Of a stretch of 64,000 nucleotides of DNA, positions 55,911 through 64,000 are shown piece after piece. This DNA comes from a virus (taxonomy: Duplodnaviria > Caudoviricetes): positions 1 through 64,000 of the IMG/VR virus record IMGVR_UViG_3300035208_006521; one strand, 5' to 3'. The notes beneath the pieces were generated by a model. That model searched no databases and was not told where the DNA came from. It worked only from the letters and a program-made list of their open reading frames with translations. The first letter of the stretch is position 1. The number at the start of each line of letters is the position of its first letter. The position numbers and the translations under genes were made by a program.

Positions 55911-56090
55911 CTACATTTTCCATCTCAATTCAGAATTACATTCTGGGCATTTCTTTTCTGACATTTCTACATATTCATATCCACATATTGGGCAAGTAAA
56001 AAATCTTATCATATTTCTTAAATTTAGGGGCAAGAAATTCACATTTTGCATCATCACTTTATAGCCAACTTTCATATTTTTTCTATTCAT
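55911..56090 (-). CDS. Small zinc-ribbon protein (59 aa)
   Basis: Hand-translated ...FTCPICGYEYVEMSEKKCPECNS; ATG overlaps the upstream TGA. Confidence 0.55.
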   Translation of the reverse strand: MNRKNMKVGYKVMMQNVNFLPLNLRNMIRFFTCPICGYEYVEMSEKKCPECNSELRWKM

Positions 56091-56395
56091 TGATCCCGCT
56101 CTCTCAACTTTTTAAACAAACTATGATATGCTCCCTGAACTATTAAAGGATATTTTTTAATTTGAAAAGCTGAAATATTATTATTTGTTACCCTTAATAA
56201 TTTTTTATGGGGATGATTTACTCCAGACCTTTCTTTCATCAGTCTTCTACCAAGTTTGTCATATTGTTCATCGGTCATTATTGGGTTGTCCGCTATATAG
56301 TATCCATAACTTGCAATTAGATACCAGGATAAGCATCTATCTATGCCCCATTCCGTCATCAATTTCTTAAAAGTTTCACTTTTTATTCTTTTCAT
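56087..56395 (-). CDS. Stand-alone NAD-dependent DNA ligase domain Ia-like protein
   Basis: YLIASYGYYIADNPIMTDEQYD matches the LigA Ia pattern YY..D.P...D..YD. Confidence 0.7.
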   Translation of the reverse strand: MKRIKSETFKKLMTEWGIDRCLSWYLIASYGYYIADNPIMTDEQYDKLGRRLMKERSGVNHPHKKLLRVTNNNISAFQIKKYPLIVQGAYHSLFKKLRERDQ

Positions 56396-56410
56396 TGTCT
56401 TCTTCCAACA

Positions 56411-56439
56411 ATTATATTACTTTATATTCTTATTGTAAA
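56411..56439 (-). promoter_or_regulatory. Putative promoter (G)TTTACA-N17-TATAAT
   Basis: Near-consensus sigma70 spacing, read directly. Confidence 0.7.
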
Positions 56440-56470
56440 CTATTTTTTTAATTCTTCTTTAAACCCCATC

Positions 56471-56818
56471 TTATCCCTCCTGTTCTCCTGATAACAAAAT
56501 AACTGTTTCATAATCAGGATAATATGCTTTAGCGGTTTGTTTATCATTCCATGTTTTAATAAATTTATAGAGTTCCTCTATTTCTACTATGTCATCAAAA
56601 TCCTCATACATTTGTTCTACTGCGTCCTCCAAAGCAGAATCAATATCAAGTTTAAATTGATACTCGGAACATCCCCAGACCCATTTCGGAATATCATTGT
56701 CATTGTTTGATTCATAAAATTCAAGCAAGTCTTCATAATCCTTAAAATATTTGTCATATCTGTCATCATATAAATATTCTAATTTATAATCAGAGTATTT
56801 AATTTTTTTTGGGTTCAT
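56471..56818 (-). CDS. Acidic hypothetical protein
   Basis: ORF track. Confidence 0.6.
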   Translation of the reverse strand: MNPKKIKYSDYKLEYLYDDRYDKYFKDYEDLLEFYESNNDNDIPKWVWGCSEYQFKLDIDSALEDAVEQMYEDFDDIVEIEELYKFIKTWNDKQTAKAYYPDYETVILLSGEQEG

Positions 56819-56819
56819 A

Positions 56820-57101
56820 TCATTCCCCTTCTATTATAAATTTTTTTTCTTTTCTGGATATTCTTATTCTTCCGATTTTCTTTATATACTTGAAACTACT
56901 TAAATTACATTCTATAAATTCTTCCCTCTTTTTTCCTCTCAACTTAGCTACTCTTACCCATATAATTATATCCCTCAATAAAGGATGAATTTTTGTTCTT
57001 ATACAAATATTTAGAATCACAAATTCACTTTTTCCATCCGCGTTTATCATTTCTACTATATCACCTGGTCTTATAAAAGAATCTACTTTTATCTTTTTCA
57101 T
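56820..57101 (-). CDS. Hypothetical protein (SH3/KOW-like start)
   Basis: IRPGDIVEM. Confidence 0.5.
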   Translation of the reverse strand: MKKIKVDSFIRPGDIVEMINADGKSEFVILNICIRTKIHPLLRDIIIWVRVAKLRGKKREEFIECNLSSFKYIKKIGRIRISRKEKKFIIEGE

Positions 57102-57182
57102 TTGTTTTATACCTTTGTTTTACTATGTTTTTATTGTTTATACCATTGCACGTTTGTGCACGTTGCTTAGTGATTTATTGTC

Positions 57183-57413
57183 TTAGATTCTTTTCTTTCT
57201 TTCAAAATATCTACAATAATATGTTTTTTCTGTTGGGCTAATTAGAAGTGGAGATAGTCTGCAACATTCCCCATTCTTGTAATATCTACAATTACTACAT
57301 TCCTCTTTTCTGCGGGCTTCAATTACCATTACAACTATTAAAGCTATACAGAATAAAAATAAGATAATTAAAATTCCTGATATTCTCATCATTTCTTTTC
57401 TCCTATAATCCAC
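57183..57413 (-). CDS. TM protein with a Cys-rich C-terminus
   Basis: Hydrophobic stretch, then CSNCRYY...C...YC. Confidence 0.55.
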   Translation of the reverse strand: MDYRRKEMMRISGILIILFLFCIALIVVMVIEARRKEECSNCRYYKNGECCRLSPLLISPTEKTYYCRYFERKKRI

Positions 57414-57945
57414 ATGCAGTACTTTTTATTTCATCGAGTATTTCATCTATTTTTTCCTGTACTCTTTCTTCCGCCATTGTAGCGACAATACTCTCTATTG
57501 GGTCATTTTCACTGCTTACTCTCTCTTTTACTTCTGTTTTTATTTCATCTTCATCTACTTCTAAATCTATACTTTCTAATTCTGAAATCCAAATATTAAG
57601 AGCTTCAATTCTTTCCGGAAGAATGCTACTTTCTTGTAATTGCTCTGGCATATTTTCTAGATTCTGTTCTGTTTCTTCTTTTAGTTCCATTATCCTGTCT
57701 ATGTATTCCTGGACAATTGTTTCTAAATCTTCCGCATTTTCTGCCTCTATCTCTTGTAAATCATCTTCTATATCCCACAAAGTTGAATTGAAACTGCTTT
57801 GAGTTAATCTTGACCTACGTGGCTTTTCCTTGCTTATATGTTTGCCCCCATTTCTAAAGGTCCACCAATAATATGAATCCCCTTTTGCTATCCTATAATC
57901 AGGATAATCTTTTCTTGCTCTTTTTACAAAGTTTAGTCTTGGCAT
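57403..57945 (-). CDS. Conserved-looking phage hypothetical protein
   Basis: VKRARKDYP...KGDSYYWW.FR.GGK...K..PRRS.LT.S, followed by acidic helices. Confidence 0.6.
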   Translation of the reverse strand: MPRLNFVKRARKDYPDYRIAKGDSYYWWTFRNGGKHISKEKPRRSRLTQSSFNSTLWDIEDDLQEIEAENAEDLETIVQEYIDRIMELKEETEQNLENMPEQLQESSILPERIEALNIWISELESIDLEVDEDEIKTEVKERVSSENDPIESIVATMAEERVQEKIDEILDEIKSTACGL

Positions 57946-58112
57946 TTTAACTCCTCCGCTGGTTTTATATAAATATTATTCCTTTCTAAATCTAAAATAA
58001 CATTGTCTATTGACACATAGTTAACACCTCCGTATGAATCTTTAACTTGTATGATCAATTCCTTTTCTTGATTCATAAGATTTAAAGACTTTATAACTTC
58101 CTTTATCCTCAT
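57933..58112 (-). CDS. Small hypothetical protein (59 aa)
   Basis: Hand-translated MRIKEVIKSLNLMNQEKELII... Confidence 0.5.
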   Translation of the reverse strand: MRIKEVIKSLNLMNQEKELIIQVKDSYGGVNYVSIDNVILDLERNNIYIKPAEELKCQD

Positions 58113-58114
58113 TT

Positions 58115-58579
58115 TTATTCTCCTAGTTCTTCTCTTATTTTTGAATCATTTTTCAAATGCAACCTATTATATCCCCCGTATCCTTCCACTTGATTAAAAG
58201 AACTCTGGATACTGGAATAGCCATTAGCTACCAACTCTGCAAACCCTTTAAATTTAGTACCAATAATATTCATTATGTTCTCTAAATCCTGCTCCCGTAG
58301 TTTTATATAATTAAAGAGTTCCTTATTTTTGTCGAATTTATTTTCCAACTCTTTTATTTTGTTTTCCCTTTCTTCTATTTCCCTCCTATATTTCTTTTCT
58401 ATCGTGTCTGATTGCTTCCTTAAACTTTTTTCAAAGAAATGAATTAACTCTTCTTTTTCTTCTTCTACCCTCTTTTCCCTTTCTTCTAATTTTCCCTTAT
58501 AATATTCCCTGTATTCTTTTCGAATGTTTACTATCATGAGAGCTTTTTGCTTCTTTTTTCTATTTTTTATAACTTTCAT
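58115..58579 (-). CDS. Coiled-coil hypothetical protein
   Basis: ORF track; E/K heptads. Confidence 0.55.
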   Translation of the reverse strand: MKVIKNRKKKQKALMIVNIRKEYREYYKGKLEEREKRVEEEKEELIHFFEKSLRKQSDTIEKKYRREIEERENKIKELENKFDKNKELFNYIKLREQDLENIMNIIGTKFKGFAELVANGYSSIQSSFNQVEGYGGYNRLHLKNDSKIREELGE

Positions 58580-58778
58580 TTTCTTCTCCCTTGCAAATTA
58601 CATAAAATCCTGTTGACCCGAATAATAGGTTTTCTGAACCATGACTTTCAATATATGGACAAAAATTCTTACAATATGCGGAACCTATCATCTGTCCTTT
58701 AACAACTGGGCAAATATCATTACACCTAAAACCTATACCTGAGATACATGTTCTGGTATAATATCTTTTGGTTGTCAT
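58560..58778 (-). CDS. Cys-rich hypothetical protein
   Basis: CPV...IGSAYC...CPY. Confidence 0.55.
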   Translation of the reverse strand: MTTKRYYTRTCISGIGFRCNDICPVVKGQMIGSAYCKNFCPYIESHGSENLLFGSTGFYVICKGEENESYKK

Positions 58779-58787
58779 TTTCTTACC

Positions 58788-58988
58788 TCACATTAAAACA
58801 AATTTATTATTTTTATTTTCAAAGAATTTAAACATGGAGGATTGTGGCAATAGAAAACCCTCAAATTCAAATAATCTCTTACCTATATTATCCTTATGTA
58901 TTTCTTTTATCATCTTATTTTCTTTTCCTCTCTTGCTATATAGGACATCACCTTTACATAATTCTACTAAATTTTTGGATTTACTCAT
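58788..58988 (-). CDS. Hypothetical protein
   Basis: ORF track. Confidence 0.5.
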   Translation of the reverse strand: MSKSKNLVELCKGDVLYSKRGKENKMIKEIHKDNIGKRLFEFEGFLLPQSSMFKFFENKNNKFVLM

Positions 58989-59625
58989 ACAAATTTACCC
59001 TATTAGCTACATAATATATTTCTTTGACTATTTGTTTAATTGTCCTGTTTGTTGTATCTATCCTGTAACTATTTATATGTAAATGTGATTTAAGTATGAC
59101 AAGGGCTTCTTCATAGTATTGAATCATTCTGCGAGAATTTTCCGAGCTCCATTTATCAAAGCCGGAAGGATCATCAGTATTTTTCCTTTCATTTATTCTT
59201 CTTGACATTTCTTCGGGATTTACTTCTAAATAAAAATAGAATATTTGATTCCAAAATTCCAAATATCTATTCTTAAAATCCACCATATCGGATATAACAC
59301 TATATTTTTCCATGGAATTTTTCAAAAGATATTGGTAAACATAAGTTGAAGTGATAAATCTCTCGAGCAATACTACCTTATTTAATTTCAAAGCCGGGAT
59401 TATAACTGTATCAAACATTTGATAAAAGTCTGCCCATATCATATGATATTGCGCTCTGTGTGATGTTTTTTCATCGAACATCATTAGTCGCAATCCTTTA
59501 CATACACTGGAATATTCACTACCTGGGCATCTAGTTGCTAACAAATTGTCTTTTGATTGTTTTCTTATTTCATCTGCTATTGTTGTCTTTCCACAACCAT
59601 CTGGTCCTTCTAATATTATTATCAT
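58981..59625 (-). CDS. tmk: Thymidylate-kinase-family dNMP kinase
   Basis: IILEGPDGCGKTT, LERFITSTYVYQ, RINER lid. Confidence 0.85.
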   Translation of the reverse strand: MIIILEGPDGCGKTTIADEIRKQSKDNLLATRCPGSEYSSVCKGLRLMMFDEKTSHRAQYHMIWADFYQMFDTVIIPALKLNKVVLLERFITSTYVYQYLLKNSMEKYSVISDMVDFKNRYLEFWNQIFYFYLEVNPEEMSRRINERKNTDDPSGFDKWSSENSRRMIQYYEEALVILKSHLHINSYRIDTTNRTIKQIVKEIYYVANRVNLYE

Positions 59626-59744
59626 TTTATTTCCTCCAATGCTTTATTCATAGACTCCTTATCTATTTCTTCCCCGCATGTTGAGCAATAATTGTCATCT
59701 TCCATCACAACACCCTCACAAGAAGTACAACCAAAAGCTGCCAT
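59622..59744 (-). CDS. Small double-CxxC zinc-ribbon protein (40 aa)
   Basis: MAAFGCTSCEGVVMEDDNYCSTCGEEI; TGA overlaps the kinase ATG. Confidence 0.45.
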   Translation of the reverse strand: MAAFGCTSCEGVVMEDDNYCSTCGEEIDKESMNKALEEIK

Positions 59745-59797
59745 ATTACCCCAAGGGAGAATAATTATTTGAATAAAATCTTTTTTCGTTACTTTTA

Positions 59798-60094
59798 TCA
59801 TTTTAACTCCCGGATTATATCTTCTATTAGTCCTGTCATTATCTTTTGACTTATTTCTTCCGCTATTTCTTTTGCTCTTAACTGTATACTATCGATATAT
59901 TTTATTGCTGGCCAATCTCCTCTTAAAGCTTCTCTTAAAAAGAAATCTGATTTTCCTTCCTGTCCTATTCTTAAACATCTGCCCATTTTATTATTTAAGA
60001 CAATTCTTCTGAATTCATCATACTCTTCTTGAGCTTTTTTTACGGCTTTGTCCCAAATTAAATCTGACAAACCTATAAAACCTGGATTTATCAT
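59798..60094 (-). CDS. Hypothetical protein
   Basis: ORF track. Confidence 0.55.
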   Translation of the reverse strand: MINPGFIGLSDLIWDKAVKKAQEEYDEFRRIVLNNKMGRCLRIGQEGKSDFFLREALRGDWPAIKYIDSIQLRAKEIAEEISQKIMTGLIEDIIRELK

Positions 60095-60104
60095 ATGTTT
60101 TCTC

Positions 60105-60791
60105 CTAACTTAAATATTTATGAAGATTAAATATATTTATTTTAACTTCTATTTTATGTCCATTCAATTTCCAAAGACAGTGCCTGGCTATATTTAGAAA
60201 ATACCATATATCATATAATAAAAATTCTATGTCGCATGATCTTATCAGGACTGTGAAAGTTATATTGTCGAAGATATCCTGCTCTATATGAAATCCCAAC
60301 AGACTTGGCACCATCCTATCAAGATTATAATTATCATCTGGATACCATATGGGTATATACCCGTGTCTGGAATTTTTACTGTTTACTAAATGGGATAAAG
60401 TTGTCTCTAAATGCTGTTTGACTCTATCCTTGGTCAAATATCTTAGCTGATATTTATTTTTATTTCTGCCTTTGGATAAAAAAATAAAATATCTAGCAAT
60501 TATCCCCGGTAATTTTTCGAATTCTTTTTGACCTATAATATATTCTGTTATTTCATCTCCTATTGAATAATTATAAATATAATTAAATACTTTCTCTGTG
60601 GCCCTATCCCCAAATATTATGTCTTCTAGCTTCTCTAGATAAGATGAAATATCTATCATTGACTTTTTACCGGTACTCAAATGTACGTTGTTTGTTTCCT
60701 GTATTCTGATTCTATTTTTAGTCCCTAATCTGGGTCTATCCACTATGGGACCCTGATTGATTCTTTCTCTAAGCTCTTTCATAAACTTCAT
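60105..60791 (-). CDS. Second thymidylate-synthase-fold protein (Ser at the catalytic Cys position)
   Basis: NSRHGYIPIWYPDD...VPSLL, IRSCDIEFLLYD, NLHKY. Confidence 0.65.
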   Translation of the reverse strand: MKFMKELRERINQGPIVDRPRLGTKNRIRIQETNNVHLSTGKKSMIDISSYLEKLEDIIFGDRATEKVFNYIYNYSIGDEITEYIIGQKEFEKLPGIIARYFIFLSKGRNKNKYQLRYLTKDRVKQHLETTLSHLVNSKNSRHGYIPIWYPDDNYNLDRMVPSLLGFHIEQDIFDNITFTVLIRSCDIEFLLYDIWYFLNIARHCLWKLNGHKIEVKINIFNLHKYLS

Positions 60792-61573
60792 GATATTATC
60801 TCCTTTTCATCTAATTTTTGAATATTATACTCCCATAAGGATAATATATCCCTGAAAAAATTTTCTGTTGATCTTGGTTTGTTTCTTATTACTAGAAACA
60901 CACTACAAAGATATTGTGGCCTTATTAGTCTGCCTGTTACCTCTTCTTCCTTTAACCATTGTAAATCAAATCCTAAAAAATCCTTGACTATCGGCGCCAA
61001 TAATACTCCTGATCTTTCCATGCTAAATATAGGGCGTCTTCTTACACATTTTTCTCCATTACAGCTTTTGCAGAATCTACAAGGCCCAAAACAGAAAATT
61101 TCATCATTGAATGGTTCTTTCAGCAAGGTTCTTATTATATCCCATAACAAGGTATCCTCTACATGTAATTTTTTATATATACTACTCTTTCTGGCCTTTT
61201 TTCCTTCTTCAAAAACTTCATGAAAATGTTTGTTGTCATAATCCTTGTTAAAGGAAAGTCTACAACATATCAAAATCGGATTTTCTTTGTCGATATTGTC
61301 GGAAATATACGGGGGTACTTCTTTGCAACTTATATATGTCTGATTTGCGGGACATCCTGTTAAATTATCCCCATATGGTTCATAACACTTCTTTAACCCA
61401 AAAGCCCTATCAATATACTTCTTGCTGGAACTATGCATGGATTCTTTCGGAATTTCTTTTATCATTATCTGATAGGAATGAATATCCTTCTTATAATTAA
61501 ATTTACCTCCAAATGTAAAATATCCTTCCTTTCTGAAAGAAGTATCTATGTTTGTATCCAATTCCCTCTTCAT
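60788..61573 (-). CDS. DUF2284-like Cys-rich metal-binding protein
   Basis: CYEPYG...GCP; GPCRFCKSC...C...FSMERSG. Confidence 0.6.
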   Translation of the reverse strand: MKRELDTNIDTSFRKEGYFTFGGKFNYKKDIHSYQIMIKEIPKESMHSSSKKYIDRAFGLKKCYEPYGDNLTGCPANQTYISCKEVPPYISDNIDKENPILICCRLSFNKDYDNKHFHEVFEEGKKARKSSIYKKLHVEDTLLWDIIRTLLKEPFNDEIFCFGPCRFCKSCNGEKCVRRRPIFSMERSGVLLAPIVKDFLGFDLQWLKEEEVTGRLIRPQYLCSVFLVIRNKPRSTENFFRDILSLWEYNIQKLDEKEIIS

Positions 61574-61896
61574 TTTACTACTCCTTTATTATATTCTTCA
61601 TATAGTTTCAACGCCCTTGTTCTTACTTCTATTGGATATATATCCCTGAAAAATATTATCTTTTTTTCTTTTCTTCTGATATATTTTTTATGAGAATTGT
61701 CCAACTTATTCCAATTCTTATTTATAAGAATGGCCAGTTTGTTTTTCTGCCTTTCTGTCAAGGGATGTTTATTGTAAAATTCTGCTAAATATTCTTCTAT
61801 CATGAAAAGAATCGCGGCTTCGTTTGTGCTTTTTTTAGCTTCTTTTATTATTGGAAGCATATATTTTTCTATTGTAATAATTTTGCTTTTATTCAT
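61570..61896 (-). CDS. Hypothetical protein
   Basis: ORF track. Confidence 0.55.
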   Translation of the reverse strand: MNKSKIITIEKYMLPIIKEAKKSTNEAAILFMIEEYLAEFYNKHPLTERQKNKLAILINKNWNKLDNSHKKYIRRKEKKIIFFRDIYPIEVRTRALKLYEEYNKGVVK

Positions 61897-61922
61897 ATCT
61901 TCCTTCTTTTGTTTTAGAACAT

Positions 61923-61950
61923 AACAGGGGAGAATTTAATCTCCCCTGTT
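61923..61950. terminator. Strong hairpin (possible terminator or processing site)
   Basis: aacaggggaga / tctcccctgtt 11-bp stem; the T-run is on the plus side although flanking genes are on minus. Confidence 0.5.
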
Positions 61951-61957
61951 TTGCTTT

Positions 61958-62164
61958 TTATATAAATGATTTTAGGAATTCTTCCTTTTTTACTTCTTCC
62001 TTTTTTACTTCTTCCTTTTTATCTTTCGATCTAATAACTATTTTAACCTCCTTGGTATTATTTTTTAAATAATGTATCATTGCTCTTAGATTCCTATTAG
62101 TGTATATGTGGGAAATATTATTACTGATAAATAATTCATACCATTTGTTCATATTTATCCTCAA
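61958..62164 (-). CDS. Hypothetical protein with a (KKEEV) x ~3 tandem repeat
   Basis: 15-bp unit ttcttccttttttac repeated at ~61979-62020. Confidence 0.55.
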   Translation of the reverse strand: MRINMNKWYELFISNNISHIYTNRNLRAMIHYLKNNTKEVKIVIRSKDKKEEVKKEEVKKEEFLKSFI

Positions 62165-62284
62165 TATCTATATAATATGAATTTATAGTATTTGAATTTT
62201 CCCTTTCATATAATACAAGAGCTTTGAGTAAATTATCCTTGGTTTTATTTAAGCAGTTAGCAAACATTTTTATTTTCCTTTTTT

Positions 62285-62500
62285 CTATTTCATCGGTGTC
62301 CATTTCAAACCCAATGCTTTATTATCCCTGGGCTTCTTAGCCACCCAATAAACCAAACCCCTGTCGTCCCTGTATCCATTTCCCTTATAACCTGCTTCCT
62401 TTAAAATCGGCAATACTTCATTTTTCCAGCTTCTCGATTTTCCTACAGACCTAAATATTCTTCTGTTTAGTCTCACCCTCCTGTTGTCTACTAACAACAT
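62285..62500 (-). CDS. Basic hypothetical protein
   Basis: Strong AAGGAGG RBS. Confidence 0.55.
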   Translation of the reverse strand: MLLVDNRRVRLNRRIFRSVGKSRSWKNEVLPILKEAGYKGNGYRDDRGLVYWVAKKPRDNKALGLKWTPMK

Positions 62501-62654
62501 ATGATTCCTCCTTTAAATTATTCAAAATAGATTCGGAAGAAAATTCATGTCTTTCCCTGAATTCTTCCTTCTTCCCTTCATTCCAATTTTTTACCGGTCT
62601 GAAATAACCTACTACCCTTGAATATATTTCTGTGGGAACTTTTCTATCAGTCAT
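62451..62654 (-). CDS. Stand-alone NrdD C-terminal (glycyl-radical) peptide
   Basis: EIYSRVVGYFRPVKNWNEGKKEEF.ER. Confidence 0.85.
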   Translation of the reverse strand: MTDRKVPTEIYSRVVGYFRPVKNWNEGKKEEFRERHEFSSESILNNLKEESYVVSRQQEGETKQKNI

Positions 62655-62898
62655 ATAATCTGCTCCTCAATTTGTTTATATTATTTCCTTCGTTTGCTCC
62701 CAATTTAAAAACAAGATTGTCGAGAAAAGGAATTATTATTGTTTTGTTAACATGTAAGGGGTTATAATCTTTAAAGCAATCAATACATATAAATTTTGAT
62801 TGCTTACCATCTTCGTATCTCACTTCTATCATTTCTTCTTTTTTATGATATTTCCCACATTTTCCAAAACACTTATGTTTTCCTTTTTCTCCCCTCAT
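62647..62898 (-). CDS. Zinc-finger hypothetical protein
   Basis: CFGKC...CIDC. Confidence 0.5.
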   Translation of the reverse strand: MRGEKGKHKCFGKCGKYHKKEEMIEVRYEDGKQSKFICIDCFKDYNPLHVNKTIIIPFLDNLVFKLGANEGNNINKLRSRLYD

Positions 62899-62902
62899 TG
62901 TT

Positions 62903-63328
62903 TTATTTCTTAAGCTCCTTATATATTTTTACCGCTCCATAACCTATACCTACAGTCAATGCTGCCCCTATACCGATTCCTAATCCTATTTTCCATCTAC
63001 CGGATTTAATCGTATATCTTACCTCGGCACTTTGAGTAAATTCCCTTTGATATAAATTCCCCTTTATTTCCATATTCAAAGTATTTCCTTTCTGCTCTAA
63101 TGTTTTCCACTCTATCTTGAAAGGGTCATTATCATAATGCCATAAATGTATTTTCATTTCTTCGCAGGTAACATCTACGGGTCTTTTGACTGGTTTTGAA
63201 ACAACAGGTTTTGGAGCTGGGGGAATAACAGGCTTATTCATATAATTATATACGGCCGCTCCACCTAAAAGAGCGGCCAATATAATTGAAGCAAACCAAC
63301 TTAATGCTATCACCCCATTTTTTGTCAT
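62903..63328 (-). CDS. Membrane protein with N- and C-terminal TM segments
   Basis: WFASIILAALLGGAAVY and IGLGIGIGAALTVGIGY. Confidence 0.55.
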   Translation of the reverse strand: MTKNGVIALSWFASIILAALLGGAAVYNYMNKPVIPPAPKPVVSKPVKRPVDVTCEEMKIHLWHYDNDPFKIEWKTLEQKGNTLNMEIKGNLYQREFTQSAEVRYTIKSGRWKIGLGIGIGAALTVGIGYGAVKIYKELKK

Positions 63329-63669
63329 TGTATTACCTGTATATACTTTCTTAAATATTCAATTTCTTTTTCTGATGTAAAATGGGAAGAAATACCTAGC
63401 TCTATTCTTTCCCTGATATACCCAAGGTCTTTCCTAAGCCTTTCCGTTATAATGGGCCTCAGAAGAATCCTCTCTATTATATTTAGAGCTTCGTAACTGG
63501 CTCCTAGATTGCCTTTATACTTCTTCCAATTGACTGTTATGCAACTTCCTTCTGATCTGCTTTCCATCCTCTGCTTTATTTGTTTTTTTTCTCCTTCAAT
63601 CTTTCTGAGTTCCTCCTTTTGTTTTGCTCTCTTTTTTTTGTCATTTACTACTTCTGATAATTTTTTCAT
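63325..63669 (-). CDS. Hypothetical protein
   Basis: ORF track. Confidence 0.55.
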   Translation of the reverse strand: MKKLSEVVNDKKKRAKQKEELRKIEGEKKQIKQRMESRSEGSCITVNWKKYKGNLGASYEALNIIERILLRPIITERLRKDLGYIRERIELGISSHFTSEKEIEYLRKYIQVIQ

Positions 63670-63736
63670 TTAAAGCCTCCTGTTTATTATTGTTAATAAT
63701 ATATTTTGTAATTGTGTAACTTAAATTTGGGCAATA

Positions 63737-64000
63737 TTACTTTTCTATTATCCTTTTTATGTATTTTTCTAATTCTGGATAATATCTTTCCCAAGTGCAT
63801 CTACAATAAGGGTGAATAGTAACAGCAGGGATATAATCTTTAGGCTTTCTCCCGTAATTTGACAAACCTGGGTATATGACGTTATATTCTACTCCCTCTA
63901 TTCTTATTTTATCTCCTGGCTTGCCTGTGTCTTTTAATACTACTATTTTTTCACTTACTAAGTCCAGACAATAAGGACATGCATCTGGAGATGATATTCC
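63737..64000 (-). CDS. Mu gpF / SPP1 gp7-like minor head protein, C-terminal 87 aa (partial)
   Basis: Hand-translated DACPYC...TIHPYCRCTW. Confidence 0.75.
   Translation of the reverse strand, partial: GISSPDACPYCLDLVSEKIVVLKDTGKPGDKIRIEGVEYNVIYPGLSNYGRKPKDYIPAVTIHPYCRCTWERYYPELEKYIKRIIEK

Noticed and set aside
345-63000. Dozens of plus-strand 60-196-aa ORFs in the track (e.g. 6146, 8753, 25903, 53827)
   Set aside because: They are antisense shadows of clear minus-strand genes: F/L/S/I-rich, no RBS, no motifs.
1-64000. Stop-codon reassignment
   Set aside because: Conserved genes are full length under code 11, and TAA, TAG and TGA all end genes with normal coupling.
1-64000. Prophage or host assignment, and tRNA genes
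   Set aside because: No integrase, att site, host genes or cloverleaf seen. Host hints (anaerobe-type genes, lipobox) are too weak to name a taxon.

Overview
AT-rich 64-kb segment of a large tailed dsDNA phage with a contractile tail. Its capsid, sheath and tube proteins are SPO1/Twort (Herelleviridae)-like, and it has a bacterial-type replisome. No integrase, tRNA, CRISPR array, portal or terminase is visible in the window. Almost all genes are on the minus strand. Layout: (1) 1-10.2 kb, DnaE polymerase, a nucleotide-modification cluster (dCTPase/dUTPase-like, HAD phosphatase, Asp-type thymidylate-synthase homolog, FAD enzyme, dCMP deaminase), a sigma-like gene, primase, DnaB, a DnaC-like loader and a probable initiator. 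(2) 10.4-13.9 kb, the only plus-strand island, an array of mostly single-gene cassettes sharing leader, operator-like box and terminator sequences. (3) 14-41.6 kb, virion module from tail fibres to prohead protease, ending with a sigma-70-family protein that carries a head-protein-type N-terminal tag. (4) 41.9-55.2 kb, a cluster of K/E-rich proteins with shared N-terminal tags and hydrophobic-x-K-[A/S] motifs, carrying PARP-like, ART-like, nucleotidase, ferritin-like, pyrophosphatase and SNF2 domains. (5) 55.2-64 kb, small accessory genes (Acb2/Tad1-like, ligase domain Ia, dNMP kinase, a second TS homolog, DUF2284-like, NrdD C-terminal peptide) and the end of a Mu gpF-like head protein. Best candidates for undescribed biology: a protease-addressed, tag-shuffled virion payload system that may include a packaged sigma factor and a PARP-like enzyme, and a split cytosine-modification pathway with two TS paralogs. 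All family assignments come from motif recognition by eye; no database search was run.
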